The translations under genes and the position numbers were made by a program. This document shows positions 46,462 through 55,713 of a stretch of 64,000 nucleotides of DNA, piece by piece (position 1 is the first letter of the stretch; every line of letters starts with the position of its first letter). The DNA is from Planctomycetota bacterium (GTDB lineage Bacteria > Planctomycetota > UBA8108 > SXIK01), in assembly GCA_965223845.1 (NCBI GenBank), contig CBDCXR010000004.1, positions 5,248,001 to 5,312,000 of the forward strand, written 5' to 3'. The notes beneath the pieces are model-generated. The model was not told the DNA's origin. It saw only the letters and a program-made list of their open reading frames with translations, and searched no databases.

Positions 46462-47493
46462 CTACACCACCGAACCCAGCCGCGGTCCCCAACTCGGCGC
46501 GATGCGCTCGCCGTGCTTCGCAAGCGCGTCCATCTCCGGTTTCGAGAGCGGTGGCGCATTCAGCACGTAGCGGATGTTCTGCCGCATCTCCTGCTCGTCG
46601 TGACAGCCGATCACGACGCCCGTGACTCCCTCGAGACTGAGCGAGTACCGAACGGCGATCTGCATGAAGATTGGATCCATCTGCGCCGGCCGCCGCTGGC
46701 GATTGAACGCGAAGCCGCCGCGGATCCCGCCGAACACCTTCATCGCCATCGCCGCCGTGCCCACTTCGCGGGCGCGCGGGAGCACCTTGTCCTCGAAGCC
46801 GTAGATGTGCCGGTCGACGAAGTTCATCGCGACCATCATCACGTCGACCTGCTTCGTATCGAGCATCCGAAGGAACTGAAGCGGGCGGTTGTGCCCCGTG
46901 ATCCCGAGGAAGCGCGCCTTCCCGGCTTTTTTGAGCTCGAGGAAGTAGTCCCACATTCCGCCTTCGGCGAGCACTATGTCGAGATCGCGACCGCCGGTGT
47001 GGTGAAGGTGGAGGAGGTCGACATGGTCGACTCCGAGCTTCTTGATCGAAGTCTCGAACGAGCGCGTCGCCCCTTTGCGCGTGTTTTCCATGCACTTCGT
47101 GGCGAGGAACACTTTATCGCGACGTGTCTTCAGCACCTCGCCCAGGGCGTCCTCCGCGTTCCCGTAGATCCGCGCGGTGTCGACGTACGTGATTCCGCGA
47201 TCGATCGCTTCGGAAAACACCTTCACGCACGTCGCGGTGTCCTGCGGCCCCTCTCCCATGCACGCCGTGCCTAACCCGATGATGCTCACCTTTGCGCCCG
47301 TCGTTCCGAGGACGCGCTGCGGAATCTCGCCGAGATCCTCGTCGTCCCCGATCGGCGCGGTCGGCGGTGCCGCCCAGGCCGCGGGGAGCGACCCGCCGAG
47401 ACCGAGTGCGGCCGCGCCGGCGGCGGCGCCTCCGGCTCCGATGAACGATCGACGACTGATCGAACCGTCGCGGTCTTCTCTGCGCTGGGACAT
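46462..47493 (-). CDS. Tat-exported aldo/keto reductase
   Basis: SRRSFIG signal; GITYVDTARIYG, FLATK, VDLLHLH, LGITGH. Confidence 0.9.
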   Translation of the reverse strand: MSQRREDRDGSISRRSFIGAGGAAAGAAALGLGGSLPAAWAAPPTAPIGDDEDLGEIPQRVLGTTGAKVSIIGLGTACMGEGPQDTATCVKVFSEAIDRGITYVDTARIYGNAEDALGEVLKTRRDKVFLATKCMENTRKGATRSFETSIKKLGVDHVDLLHLHHTGGRDLDIVLAEGGMWDYFLELKKAGKARFLGITGHNRPLQFLRMLDTKQVDVMMVAMNFVDRHIYGFEDKVLPRAREVGTAAMAMKVFGGIRGGFAFNRQRRPAQMDPIFMQIAVRYSLSLEGVTGVVIGCHDEQEMRQNIRYVLNAPPLSKPEMDALAKHGERIAPSWGPRLGSVV

Positions 47494-47530
47494 TATCTAC
47501 TCCGTCTCTCGGCTTGACTCTTGGCTCGGT

Positions 47531-48979
47531 TCATTGATTCGCGCGCGCCTTGCCGCTGCGCGCGGCGGCCGCGTTCTTCTTCTTCGGCGCGGGAAACCGC
47601 CACCGCTCCGACGGCTCGTATGACGCGTGCATGAGCGCCTTCGCCCAGCGTACGATCTCCGGGTGATCCTTCGCGACATCGTTCTCTTCCCCGAGGTCGG
47701 CCGCGAGATCGTAGAGACGAAGCGCCGAGCCCTTGGGCTGCACGATCGCCTTCCAGTTGCCGAGCCGAACCGCCTCCGCACCACCGCGTTCGTAGAATGC
47801 CCAATAGAGGGCCGGGTGGTTCTGCTGACGCTCCGGTTCACCCAGAAGCGTCGGCGCGAAGGAAATCCCGTCGATGCGGAGCGGGACTTGCTTCGTAGCG
47901 CCGGCCAGCTCGGCGAGCGTCGGCATCACATCTTGAAAGCACCCGATGTGCTCCGACGTCGAACCCGCCGCGATCTTTCCCGGCCAGCGGGCGATCAAGG
48001 GGACGCGGATCCCACCTTCGGTGAGATCGCGTTTGGTCCCGCGGAGAGGACCGTTCGAGTCGAAGAACGTCGCCTTGTGTCCCCCTTCGTTGTGGGGACC
48101 GTTGTCCGAGGTAAAGAAAATCGCGGTGTCGTCGTCGAGATCAAGTTTCTCGAGTAGTGCGAGCAACCGACCGACATCGCGATCCATGCGCGCGATCATG
48201 GCGGCCTGGCCCTTCGCGGGTTCGGGCCAGTCGCGAGCCGCGTATTCGCCGTACTCGGGGACCTCCATTCCCTTGTTCCCCGCCTCGTTGTTCGCGTGAG
48301 GGATCGTCCACGCGAGGTAAAGGAAGAACGGCCGGGCGCGATTCTCTTCGACGAAACGCAGCGCTTCGTTCGTCATGAGGTCGTGCGAGTACTCGACCTT
48401 CTCCGTCGCGACCCCCTGTCCCCATTTTCCTTCCTTCGGAACAACGTTCTTGAGTGGCACGCGCTCGTCGTTCCGAACGAGAAACGTCGGATAGTAATTG
48501 TGCGCGTGATGCTGATCGAGATAGCCGTAGAAGTAGTCGAAGCCCTGCTTCGTCGGAATTCCGGTCGAGCCTTCGTGCCCGAGCCCCCACTTGCCGACGA
48601 GGGCGCTCGTGTAGCCCGCCGGCGCGAGAACTTCGGCGACCGTGACGTCCTCGGGGCGCAGGTTGTCCTTCCCGTTCCCGCGAATGAAGGCGTGCCCGGT
48701 GTGGAGTCCCGTCATGAGAACGCAGCGCGACGGCGCGCAGACCGTCGAGCCCGCGTAAAACTGCGTGAACCGCACCCCCTCGCGCGCGAGGCGATCGATG
48801 TTCGGCGTGCGGATCTCCTTCTGCCCGTAGCACCCGAGGTCGCCGTACCCGAGGTCGTCGACCATGATGAAAATCAGATTCGGTTTTCGCGCCGTCTCGG
48901 CTTGCGCCGTTCCGAGCGATAAGAAGAGCAGCATCGCCGCGCACAGAGACGTCGACAGAGTCACGAACCGGTTCGTCAT
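47531..48979 (-). CDS. S1 (formylglycine-dependent) sulfatase
   Basis: PNLIFIMVDDLG, CAPSRCVLMTG, GKW, TSDNG, EGGIRVP. Confidence 0.95.
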   Translation of the reverse strand: MTNRFVTLSTSLCAAMLLFLSLGTAQAETARKPNLIFIMVDDLGYGDLGCYGQKEIRTPNIDRLAREGVRFTQFYAGSTVCAPSRCVLMTGLHTGHAFIRGNGKDNLRPEDVTVAEVLAPAGYTSALVGKWGLGHEGSTGIPTKQGFDYFYGYLDQHHAHNYYPTFLVRNDERVPLKNVVPKEGKWGQGVATEKVEYSHDLMTNEALRFVEENRARPFFLYLAWTIPHANNEAGNKGMEVPEYGEYAARDWPEPAKGQAAMIARMDRDVGRLLALLEKLDLDDDTAIFFTSDNGPHNEGGHKATFFDSNGPLRGTKRDLTEGGIRVPLIARWPGKIAAGSTSEHIGCFQDVMPTLAELAGATKQVPLRIDGISFAPTLLGEPERQQNHPALYWAFYERGGAEAVRLGNWKAIVQPKGSALRLYDLAADLGEENDVAKDHPEIVRWAKALMHASYEPSERWRFPAPKKKNAAAARSGKARANQ

Positions 48980-49160
48980 TGGAATCTCGTGAATGGAAGG
49001 AATCGTCACGCGAGCGCGGCCGACCGCCGGCGCTCGAAGCGGAGGAACATCGTACTCGCCGGCGAACCGGCGACAAAGGGATCACCGTGGCGCGTGGACC
49101 GTGACCGTAGACTTCAGTTTGTCGGCGATCTCGACGTCCGCGCCGAACCACCCCATGAGC

Positions 49161-49835
49161 CTACCTACTCGCCCGGACCCAGAGCTCCGGCTCACGCCGG
49201 TCGTCGGTCGTCACGGAATCGACGCGGAATCCTACGCGCTCGATGAAGCGCCCGACGGAACTCCCACCGTCTTCGACGTCGGTTCCGAGCTCGTACTTCC
49301 CGACGTGCGCGAGCTCGTTGCGCGGCCCGGGATCTGGATAGGGTAAAACTATGTGCAGGGTCCCACCCGGCGCGAGAAGCCGGCGAAACTCCACGAGAAC
49401 GCGCTTCGGCTCGTAGGCGTGCTCGAGGGTGTGCGAGCTCACGATGGCGTCGAAGGACGCGTCGCGAAGAAACGAGAGATCGTGCATGTCGCCGCGGACG
49501 ACGGGCGCCCCCGAACCTTGCGACCGTCGAGACTTCTCGGCACTGAGTTCGACCCCGAGGACGCGCTCAAAACCGAGATCGGTGAGCGCGCGCAGGCCGG
49601 CGCCGTCGCCGCAGGCGCAGTCGAGAACTCGCGCGCTGCGATCCGTGTTCGAGAACGCGAGTTCGAAGTAGCGCCGCTGCGCCGCGACCCACTCGGGCAC
49701 GTCCGACTCGAAGCTGCGGTACGTCTCGGTTTGGAGCCTCAGATACTCGCGGTAGTCGGAGACCACGTCGCGAGCGGAACGCGGCGGCGAGCGAAGCGCG
49801 AGCCGTAGCTTTCGCACGAGTCTTCGCCAAGACAT
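49161..49835 (-). CDS. Class I SAM-dependent methyltransferase
   Basis: VLDCACGDG, GDMHDL, SHTLEH, LLAPGG. Confidence 0.88.
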   Translation of the reverse strand: MSWRRLVRKLRLALRSPPRSARDVVSDYREYLRLQTETYRSFESDVPEWVAAQRRYFELAFSNTDRSARVLDCACGDGAGLRALTDLGFERVLGVELSAEKSRRSQGSGAPVVRGDMHDLSFLRDASFDAIVSSHTLEHAYEPKRVLVEFRRLLAPGGTLHIVLPYPDPGPRNELAHVGKYELGTDVEDGGSSVGRFIERVGFRVDSVTTDDRREPELWVRASR

Positions 49836-49842
49836 GCGAGGA

Positions 49843-52032
49843 TCAACTTCCGATGCTGGCCACGGCGACCGCGAGCCAGATGATCGCGAAGCACCCGAAG
49901 AGACTAAGGACGAATCCGATCACGTCGACGGGTCGCGGACGTTGGAACTCCCAGCTGCTCCCGGGAAAAAGTTTTCGGTCGTCGAATCGCCGCGGGTCGG
50001 CGTACGAACGCTCGAGCTCCGCGGCGTCCTCTTCGCGCGTCGCCGCTACGGGCGTCTTCATCTTGACGAAGTAGCGATCGAGCTGAGCGGGATCGCCACG
50101 ACGCGTGAGGAGACTGAATACGATCATCAGCACAAACGGCGTCAGGACACGCGCCGGCAAACGCAGAGTTTCGAGCGCCGAGCTCGAGAAGCTCGCGAGG
50201 TCGATTCCGATGAGCTGGTAGAGGTAGAGGTCGAGCTTGAAATAGCCGGCGCCGCGAAAGCTCCCCTCGCGCACGCTCTCGACGATCGTCGTGGCTCCCT
50301 CCCTGACACGCGAAACTTCGCGCAAGGTCGTGGCCTCTCCTTCGATCGGCTCCACTTTTCCCCAAAAGAGCGCCTTTCCGCCGGTGGTGTAGGAGTCCTC
50401 GAACGGTTCGCCGAGAACGAGTGCGTCCGGCGATTCGCCGAGTCGTGCCATCGAGCGCACGCGAACGTCTGCGTCCCCGATCGATCGCGCTTCGGACTCT
50501 GCAGCGGTCCACGCCGCGATGGCGGCGTTTCGCCGCGCGACGTCGGCGGGAGCCGCCGGACGGACGACCGTCGTCCTGGTGATGTGATTCGTGCCGAGAA
50601 ACTCGGGATTCTCGCGGAGGCTCGGCCACGCGAGCGGGAGTGCGATCGGCAGAATGAAGAAGACCATCGCGGTCGCGAGGATCGTAAACCACGCCGCGTT
50701 TCGCGTCGCGCGACGCCAGAACATTCCGACCCAGAACGGCGCCGCGAAAATTACCGGAAGCTCCCACGCGATCTTGAGCTGGTCGAACACATTCAGGAAC
50801 GCGAGCGACACCCAAGCTCCGCCGACGAGGATGACGACGGAAACGATGCGCGCCGCGAGCAAGCACTCGCGCTCGCTTACATCGCGCCGGAGAAAGGGCA
50901 CGTAGAGATTTCGGACGACGAGTCCCGACGTGACGAGCATGTAGCAGTCGGCAGACGACATCAGCGCCGCGAGAAGACACGCGAGCATGAGGCCGACGAG
51001 GCCCAGCCCGAGCGGTCCGAGGATCTCGACCGCAGCGAAGCCCCACGCGCGATCCGGGTCTTCGTTGACGCTGACGCTTTCCGCAAACAGCGCGAGCACA
51101 ATGAGACCCGTGAGCGCCCAACCCACCGTGCAGAGACGCTTCATGAAGTTTCCGGCGACGAGACCGACGCGCGCTGCCGTCTCCGATTTCGCCGAGCCGC
51201 CGCCCGTCGCGATGAAGTGCGGCTGAACGACGACGCCGACGAGATTGAGAACGGTGATCGCGACGATGTAATGAAGCGGAAACTCGCCGCCCTGCGGCGT
51301 GTCGAGCATGCGGAAGTACTGCTCGGGAAGGCGGTCGTGCATGACCTCGAATCCCGCGAGGATCCCGCTCGACTCGGGTCCGCCGAATCGCTCGACGAGC
51401 GCCGCCAGCCCCGACGGAATGAGGAGAATCGAGAGAAGGATGATGAAGATGCCCTGGATGAGATCCGTCCAGTACGCCGCGCGCAGGCCGCCGAGTGCGC
51501 CGTAGACGAGGACGACGAGCGCGATGATCGGGACGAGCACCGCTTCGACCGGGACGGGATCGACGAACCCGGGGAGCGTGACCGAATCGAACCCGAGGAG
51601 CGGCGGACAGATCTTTCCCACGGCCGAGAAGCTCACCGAGAGATAGACGATGTTGAAAAACAACGCGAAGACCGCGTACGCCGCTCCAAGGCCAACGCAG
51701 TTGAACCGCTCGACGAACCAGTCGCCGAGCGTGAGGTGGCGCATGCGCCGGTACCAGACGCCCGAGATCCAGTAGAACGGCGTCACGAAGAGCCAGAGGA
51801 GAACGCTCCAAATGCCGCTCAACCCGCTCGTGAACGTCGTCCTTCCGAGCGTGACGGGATCGTAGGCCCCCGTGCCCGCGCCGAACGCGGCGAAGGCCTG
51901 AAGGATCTTCCCGAAGGAGCGCCCGCCGAGGAAGAAGTCCTCCTGCTTCTTCACCCGCTTCGAGCACACGTAGCCGATGAGCGCCATCGCGAGGAAGTAG
52001 ACGACAAGAACGGTGTAGTCGAGGGCGGACAT
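49843..52032 (-). CDS. Sodium:solute symporter family transporter with large late-loop insertion
   Basis: DFFLGGRSFG, YGALGGLRAAYWTDLIQG, LLAALMSSAD, GMFWRRAT; many TM helices. Confidence 0.93.
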   Translation of the reverse strand: MSALDYTVLVVYFLAMALIGYVCSKRVKKQEDFFLGGRSFGKILQAFAAFGAGTGAYDPVTLGRTTFTSGLSGIWSVLLWLFVTPFYWISGVWYRRMRHLTLGDWFVERFNCVGLGAAYAVFALFFNIVYLSVSFSAVGKICPPLLGFDSVTLPGFVDPVPVEAVLVPIIALVVLVYGALGGLRAAYWTDLIQGIFIILLSILLIPSGLAALVERFGGPESSGILAGFEVMHDRLPEQYFRMLDTPQGGEFPLHYIVAITVLNLVGVVVQPHFIATGGGSAKSETAARVGLVAGNFMKRLCTVGWALTGLIVLALFAESVSVNEDPDRAWGFAAVEILGPLGLGLVGLMLACLLAALMSSADCYMLVTSGLVVRNLYVPFLRRDVSERECLLAARIVSVVILVGGAWVSLAFLNVFDQLKIAWELPVIFAAPFWVGMFWRRATRNAAWFTILATAMVFFILPIALPLAWPSLRENPEFLGTNHITRTTVVRPAAPADVARRNAAIAAWTAAESEARSIGDADVRVRSMARLGESPDALVLGEPFEDSYTTGGKALFWGKVEPIEGEATTLREVSRVREGATTIVESVREGSFRGAGYFKLDLYLYQLIGIDLASFSSSALETLRLPARVLTPFVLMIVFSLLTRRGDPAQLDRYFVKMKTPVAATREEDAAELERSYADPRRFDDRKLFPGSSWEFQRPRPVDVIGFVLSLFGCFAIIWLAVAVASIGS

Positions 52033-52228
52033 AGCAAGCGGCGGGGGACGCGGGGAATTCGAACACGTACATCGACCGATCGGGAGAGCTTACCAAGGCG
52101 ATCCCGCGAACGATACAATCGCCCGTCCGTCGGCGCTCCTGCCGAGACGATGCACCACACTGCGGTGTTATTTCGTGCTCGATTCTGCGGTTGAGGAAAC
52201 GGAGAAGAGAAACTCGAATCCGAGAGCC

Positions 52229-52663
52229 ATGCCGACCACGTCCGACCCGACCTCCGCACCGCCGCCATACTCCGTTCTCCTCTTCGACGGCGAGTGTCTT
52301 CTCTGCGACCGCAGCGTGCGCTTCGTCCTAGAGCGCGATCGCCGCGCGCACTTTCATTTCGCGCCGCTCCAGTCGATGTACGGCCAGACTCTACTCGAGC
52401 GGTGCGGGCTCCCCCTTCACGAAGTGAAGTCGATGGTCCTCGTCGATCCGTCGGGCGAATTCGCGACGAAGTCGACCGCGGCGCTTCGCGTCGCCGCGCG
52501 GCTAGGAATGCCGTGGAGCCTCCTCAGCGTGTTTCGTGCCGTCCCGCGGTTTGTGCGCGATGCGATCTACGATATCATCGCGCGGAATCGTTACCGCTGG
52601 TTCGGACGCCGCGACGCCTGCGTGATTCCGGCCGGCGATTGGGCCGAACGCTTTCACGAATAG
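52229..52663 (+). CDS. DCC1-like thiol-disulfide oxidoreductase (DUF393)
   Basis: LFDGECLLC, FAPLQS, RDAIYDIIARNRYRWFG..C. Confidence 0.92.
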   Translation: MPTTSDPTSAPPPYSVLLFDGECLLCDRSVRFVLERDRRAHFHFAPLQSMYGQTLLERCGLPLHEVKSMVLVDPSGEFATKSTAALRVAARLGMPWSLLSVFRAVPRFVRDAIYDIIARNRYRWFGRRDACVIPAGDWAERFHE

Positions 52664-52717
52664 CCCCGTCGCGCGGGCGGACATGCGCTCGCGGATCGTC
52701 ACCACCGAGGACTCGAC

Positions 52718-53464
52718 ATGCGCTCGACGAAAACGCTCGTGGTCACTTGTGCCGCGATGGCGGCCATCGCTTCTGGATTGCTCGTCCATTCGACTCAGGT
52801 AGAGAGCCTCGCGAAGCATCCGCCCGTTCCGCGTCTCATCGCGGGGAAGAGCCCGGGGGCGCCGCCGTCCGATGCCGTCCTTCTCATCGGAGACGACGGA
52901 CTCTCGAAGTGGCAGAGCGCGAAGACCAAGGGAGCAGCGAAGTGGGATTTCGAAGACGGGGTCGCCACCGTAAACGGGACCGGCGACATCATCACGAAAG
53001 AGAAATTCGGCGACTGTCAGCTTCACATGGAGTGGCGCATCCCCAAGGAAGCGGGGAACAACGAGGGAAAGGGAAACAGCGGAGTCAAGCTGCACACTCG
53101 CTACGAGGTACAGATTCTCAATTCGTATCCGCAGTCGAAGAATCCCATTCAGCAAGCGGGCGCGATCTACGTTCAGCATCCCCCGCTCGTCAACGTATGC
53201 CGGAAAGCTGGAGAGTGGCAGACGTACGATATCGTCTTTCGCGCGCCGCGATTCGACGAGAATGGTGAAGTCCGCGAGAAAGGAACTCTCACGGTTTTCC
53301 ACAACGGCGTGCTCATCCAAGATCACGCGGAGATCCAGGGTCCGACGAACTCGAAGCGGAAGGCGTCGCCTCACTACAAGAAGCCGCTTCTCCTTCAGGA
53401 TCACGGGGCGCGTGTGAGCTTCCGGAACGTGTGGGTGCGGCCGCTTACGGATCGGGAGGAGTGA
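52718..53464 (+). CDS. DUF1080 (3-keto-glycoside hydrolase-like) secreted protein
   Basis: PPSDA, QLHMEW, GNSGV, YEVQIL, GEWQTYDI, LQDHG..FRNVW. Confidence 0.92.
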   Translation: MRSTKTLVVTCAAMAAIASGLLVHSTQVESLAKHPPVPRLIAGKSPGAPPSDAVLLIGDDGLSKWQSAKTKGAAKWDFEDGVATVNGTGDIITKEKFGDCQLHMEWRIPKEAGNNEGKGNSGVKLHTRYEVQILNSYPQSKNPIQQAGAIYVQHPPLVNVCRKAGEWQTYDIVFRAPRFDENGEVREKGTLTVFHNGVLIQDHAEIQGPTNSKRKASPHYKKPLLLQDHGARVSFRNVWVRPLTDREE

Positions 53465-53485
53465 GTTCTTTCGTCGTCCTTCGGA

Positions 53486-53520
53486 AGGATTTCACCACGA
53501 AGGGCACGAAGGACACGAAG
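53486..53520 (+). repeat. REP-like tandem 9-bp repeat (CACGAAG x3)
   Basis: AGGATTTCACCACGAAGGGCACGAAGGACACGAAG; related units at 57135-57150, 58511-58527 and inverted at 58655-58672. Confidence 0.7.
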
Positions 53521-53564
53521 GAAGAGAAAGAGTACAGAGAGAGAGTGTGTGTGATGGTGAACGT

Positions 53565-55667
53565 ATGGCAACGATGAGTCGGACGTGGTGTTTGAGGTCG
53601 CGAACTTGTTGTCTTGTTTTGTTCAGCGCCTTGACGCCGCTGATCTCATCCGACGCGTCGGGGCTCGAGTCCGACGATGTCCTGGTCGCCGATTTTGAGG
53701 GTGATACCTACGGCGAGTGGACGAGCGAGGGGGCTGCGTTCGGCAGCGCGCCCGCGCGTGGGACGCTCCAGGGGCAGATGCATGTCTCGGGTTATCGCGG
53801 GGAGCGCCTCGTCAACTCGTTCTTCGACGGTGATCGCACGGTCGGGGCGCTGACGTCGCCCGAGTTCGAGATCACGCGCGACTTCATCGCGTTCCTCGTC
53901 GGCGGAGGACGCCATCCCGAAGCTACCGGCATCGAGCTCCTCCTCGAAGGGAAGCCGGTACGCCGCGCGACCGGCACCGACTCCGAGGAGCTCGGCTGGC
54001 ATTCATGGAATGTGAAGGACCTCCGCGGGAAACGCGTGCGCCTGCGGATCTTCGACCGTCACACGGGCGGCTGGGGGCACATCAACGTCGATCACATCTT
54101 ACTCACGGACAGGGAGCGTCGCCGTCCCGAGGACGTTCCGATCGAGGTCTACCGCAAGTCGCCCGAGTACTACCGCGAACGCTACCGGCCGCAGTTTCAC
54201 TTCAGCCCCGAAGTGAACTGGATGAACGACCCGAACGGTCTCGTCTACGCCGGCGGCGAATATCACCTCTTCTACCAGTACAACCCGTGGGGCATCCGCT
54301 GGGGGCACATGAGCTGGGGGCACGCGGTGAGTACCGATCTCGTCCACTGGAAGCATCTCCCCGTCGCCCTCTACGAAGAGAACGGTGTGATGATCTTTTC
54401 CGGCTGCGCCGTCGTCGACGCGAAGAACACGAGCGGTTTCGGGACCGCAGCGCGGCCACCGCTCGTCGCGATCTACACGGGTCATACATCGAAGAAGCAG
54501 GATCAGCGGCTCGCCTACAGCATCGACCGCGGACGGACATGGACGAAGTATGGCGGGAACCCCGTACTCGACATGGGCGAGAAAGACTTCCGCGATCCGA
54601 AGGTGTTCTGGCACGAGCCGACGAGCCGCTGGGTGATGGTCGTCTCGCTCGCCGCGGCGAAGCGACTCCAGTTCTACGGCTCGACGGATCTCAAAGAGTG
54701 GACGCACCTCAGCGACTTCGGCCCCGCCGGCAAAGTCGAGAAGCCGAACTGGGAATGCCCGGATCTCTTCGAGCTCCCGATCGAAGGGCGGAAGGAAGGA
54801 ACGCCGGGCTCTACGCGGTGGGTGCTCGAGGTCGACATGGGAAGCGGCTCCATCGCCGGCGGGTCGGGAGGCGAGTACTTCGTGGGGACGTTCGACGGCG
54901 AGCGATTCGTCAACGACAACCCGGACGACCAAGTTCTCTGGGTCGACTACGGTCGCGACTTCTACGCGGCGGTGTCGTTTTCCGACATTCCCGCGCGCGA
55001 CGGCCGGCGGATTTGGATCGGCTGGTTCAACAACTGGGAGACCGCACTCCTCCCCACGAAGCCTTGGCGGAGCGCACAGTCGATCCCGCGGACGCTCTCC
55101 CTCCGCGAGACGAAGGACGGCCTCCGCCTCGTTCAGCGTCCGGTGCGCGAGCTCACTCGACTGCGCGGCGAGCCGTATCGACTCGATGCGCCCACTTCGG
55201 ATCTCGCGACTGTCGGGCGTGCGCTCGCCTCACGGGATTTCGGATTGCACTACGAGATCGATCTCGAAATCGAGGTGCGCGACGCCAAGTCGTGCGGCAT
55301 CGAGGTGCGAAAGGGAAACAGCGAAACGACCCCGATCGGATTCGATCGTAACGAACGCGACCAGAATCGAGGCGAAGTGTTCGTCGACCGGACGGGCTCG
55401 GGCGACGGGGCATTCCACAAACGGTTCCCCGGACGCCACGCTGGCCCCGTCGAGCTCGAGGACGGCCGCGTGGGGCTCCGCATCTTCGTCGATACGTCCT
55501 CCGTCGAGGTCTTCGCCCAGGACGGAATCCTCGCGATCAGCGATCGCATCTTCCCGTCGCCCGAGAGTCGCGGGATCGAGCTCTTCTCGCGCGGCGGTTC
55601 GGCTCGCTTGACGAAGCTCGTCGTGTGGCCGCTCCGCTCGATCTGGCACTCGGGCGCGGGCGATTGA
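53565..55667 (+). CDS. GH32 beta-fructofuranosidase/levanase with extra N-terminal domain
   Basis: WMNDPNG, WGHAVS, FSG, FRDP, WECP, DYGRDFYA, DTSSVEVF; signal peptide. Confidence 0.95.
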   Translation: MATMSRTWCLRSRTCCLVLFSALTPLISSDASGLESDDVLVADFEGDTYGEWTSEGAAFGSAPARGTLQGQMHVSGYRGERLVNSFFDGDRTVGALTSPEFEITRDFIAFLVGGGRHPEATGIELLLEGKPVRRATGTDSEELGWHSWNVKDLRGKRVRLRIFDRHTGGWGHINVDHILLTDRERRRPEDVPIEVYRKSPEYYRERYRPQFHFSPEVNWMNDPNGLVYAGGEYHLFYQYNPWGIRWGHMSWGHAVSTDLVHWKHLPVALYEENGVMIFSGCAVVDAKNTSGFGTAARPPLVAIYTGHTSKKQDQRLAYSIDRGRTWTKYGGNPVLDMGEKDFRDPKVFWHEPTSRWVMVVSLAAAKRLQFYGSTDLKEWTHLSDFGPAGKVEKPNWECPDLFELPIEGRKEGTPGSTRWVLEVDMGSGSIAGGSGGEYFVGTFDGERFVNDNPDDQVLWVDYGRDFYAAVSFSDIPARDGRRIWIGWFNNWETALLPTKPWRSAQSIPRTLSLRETKDGLRLVQRPVRELTRLRGEPYRLDAPTSDLATVGRALASRDFGLHYEIDLEIEVRDAKSCGIEVRKGNSETTPIGFDRNERDQNRGEVFVDRTGSGDGAFHKRFPGRHAGPVELEDGRVGLRIFVDTSSVEVFAQDGILAISDRIFPSPESRGIELFSRGGSARLTKLVVWPLRSIWHSGAGD

Positions 55668-55713
55668 TCCGACGTCCGAACGTTCACTTCTCGCTCCATC
55701 CATCGAGGCGATC

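Noticed and set aside
49834-52194. Long antisense or alternate-frame ORFs (also 49904-52096, 61016-63046, 5449-7032, 20372-21955, 17048-18526, 3305-4651)
   Set aside because: They shadow well-supported genes, are Arg/Pro-rich without motifs, and are expected in high-GC DNA
53486-53552. Tandem repeats as a CRISPR array
   Set aside because: Period is 9 bp with no spacers, and there are no cas genes
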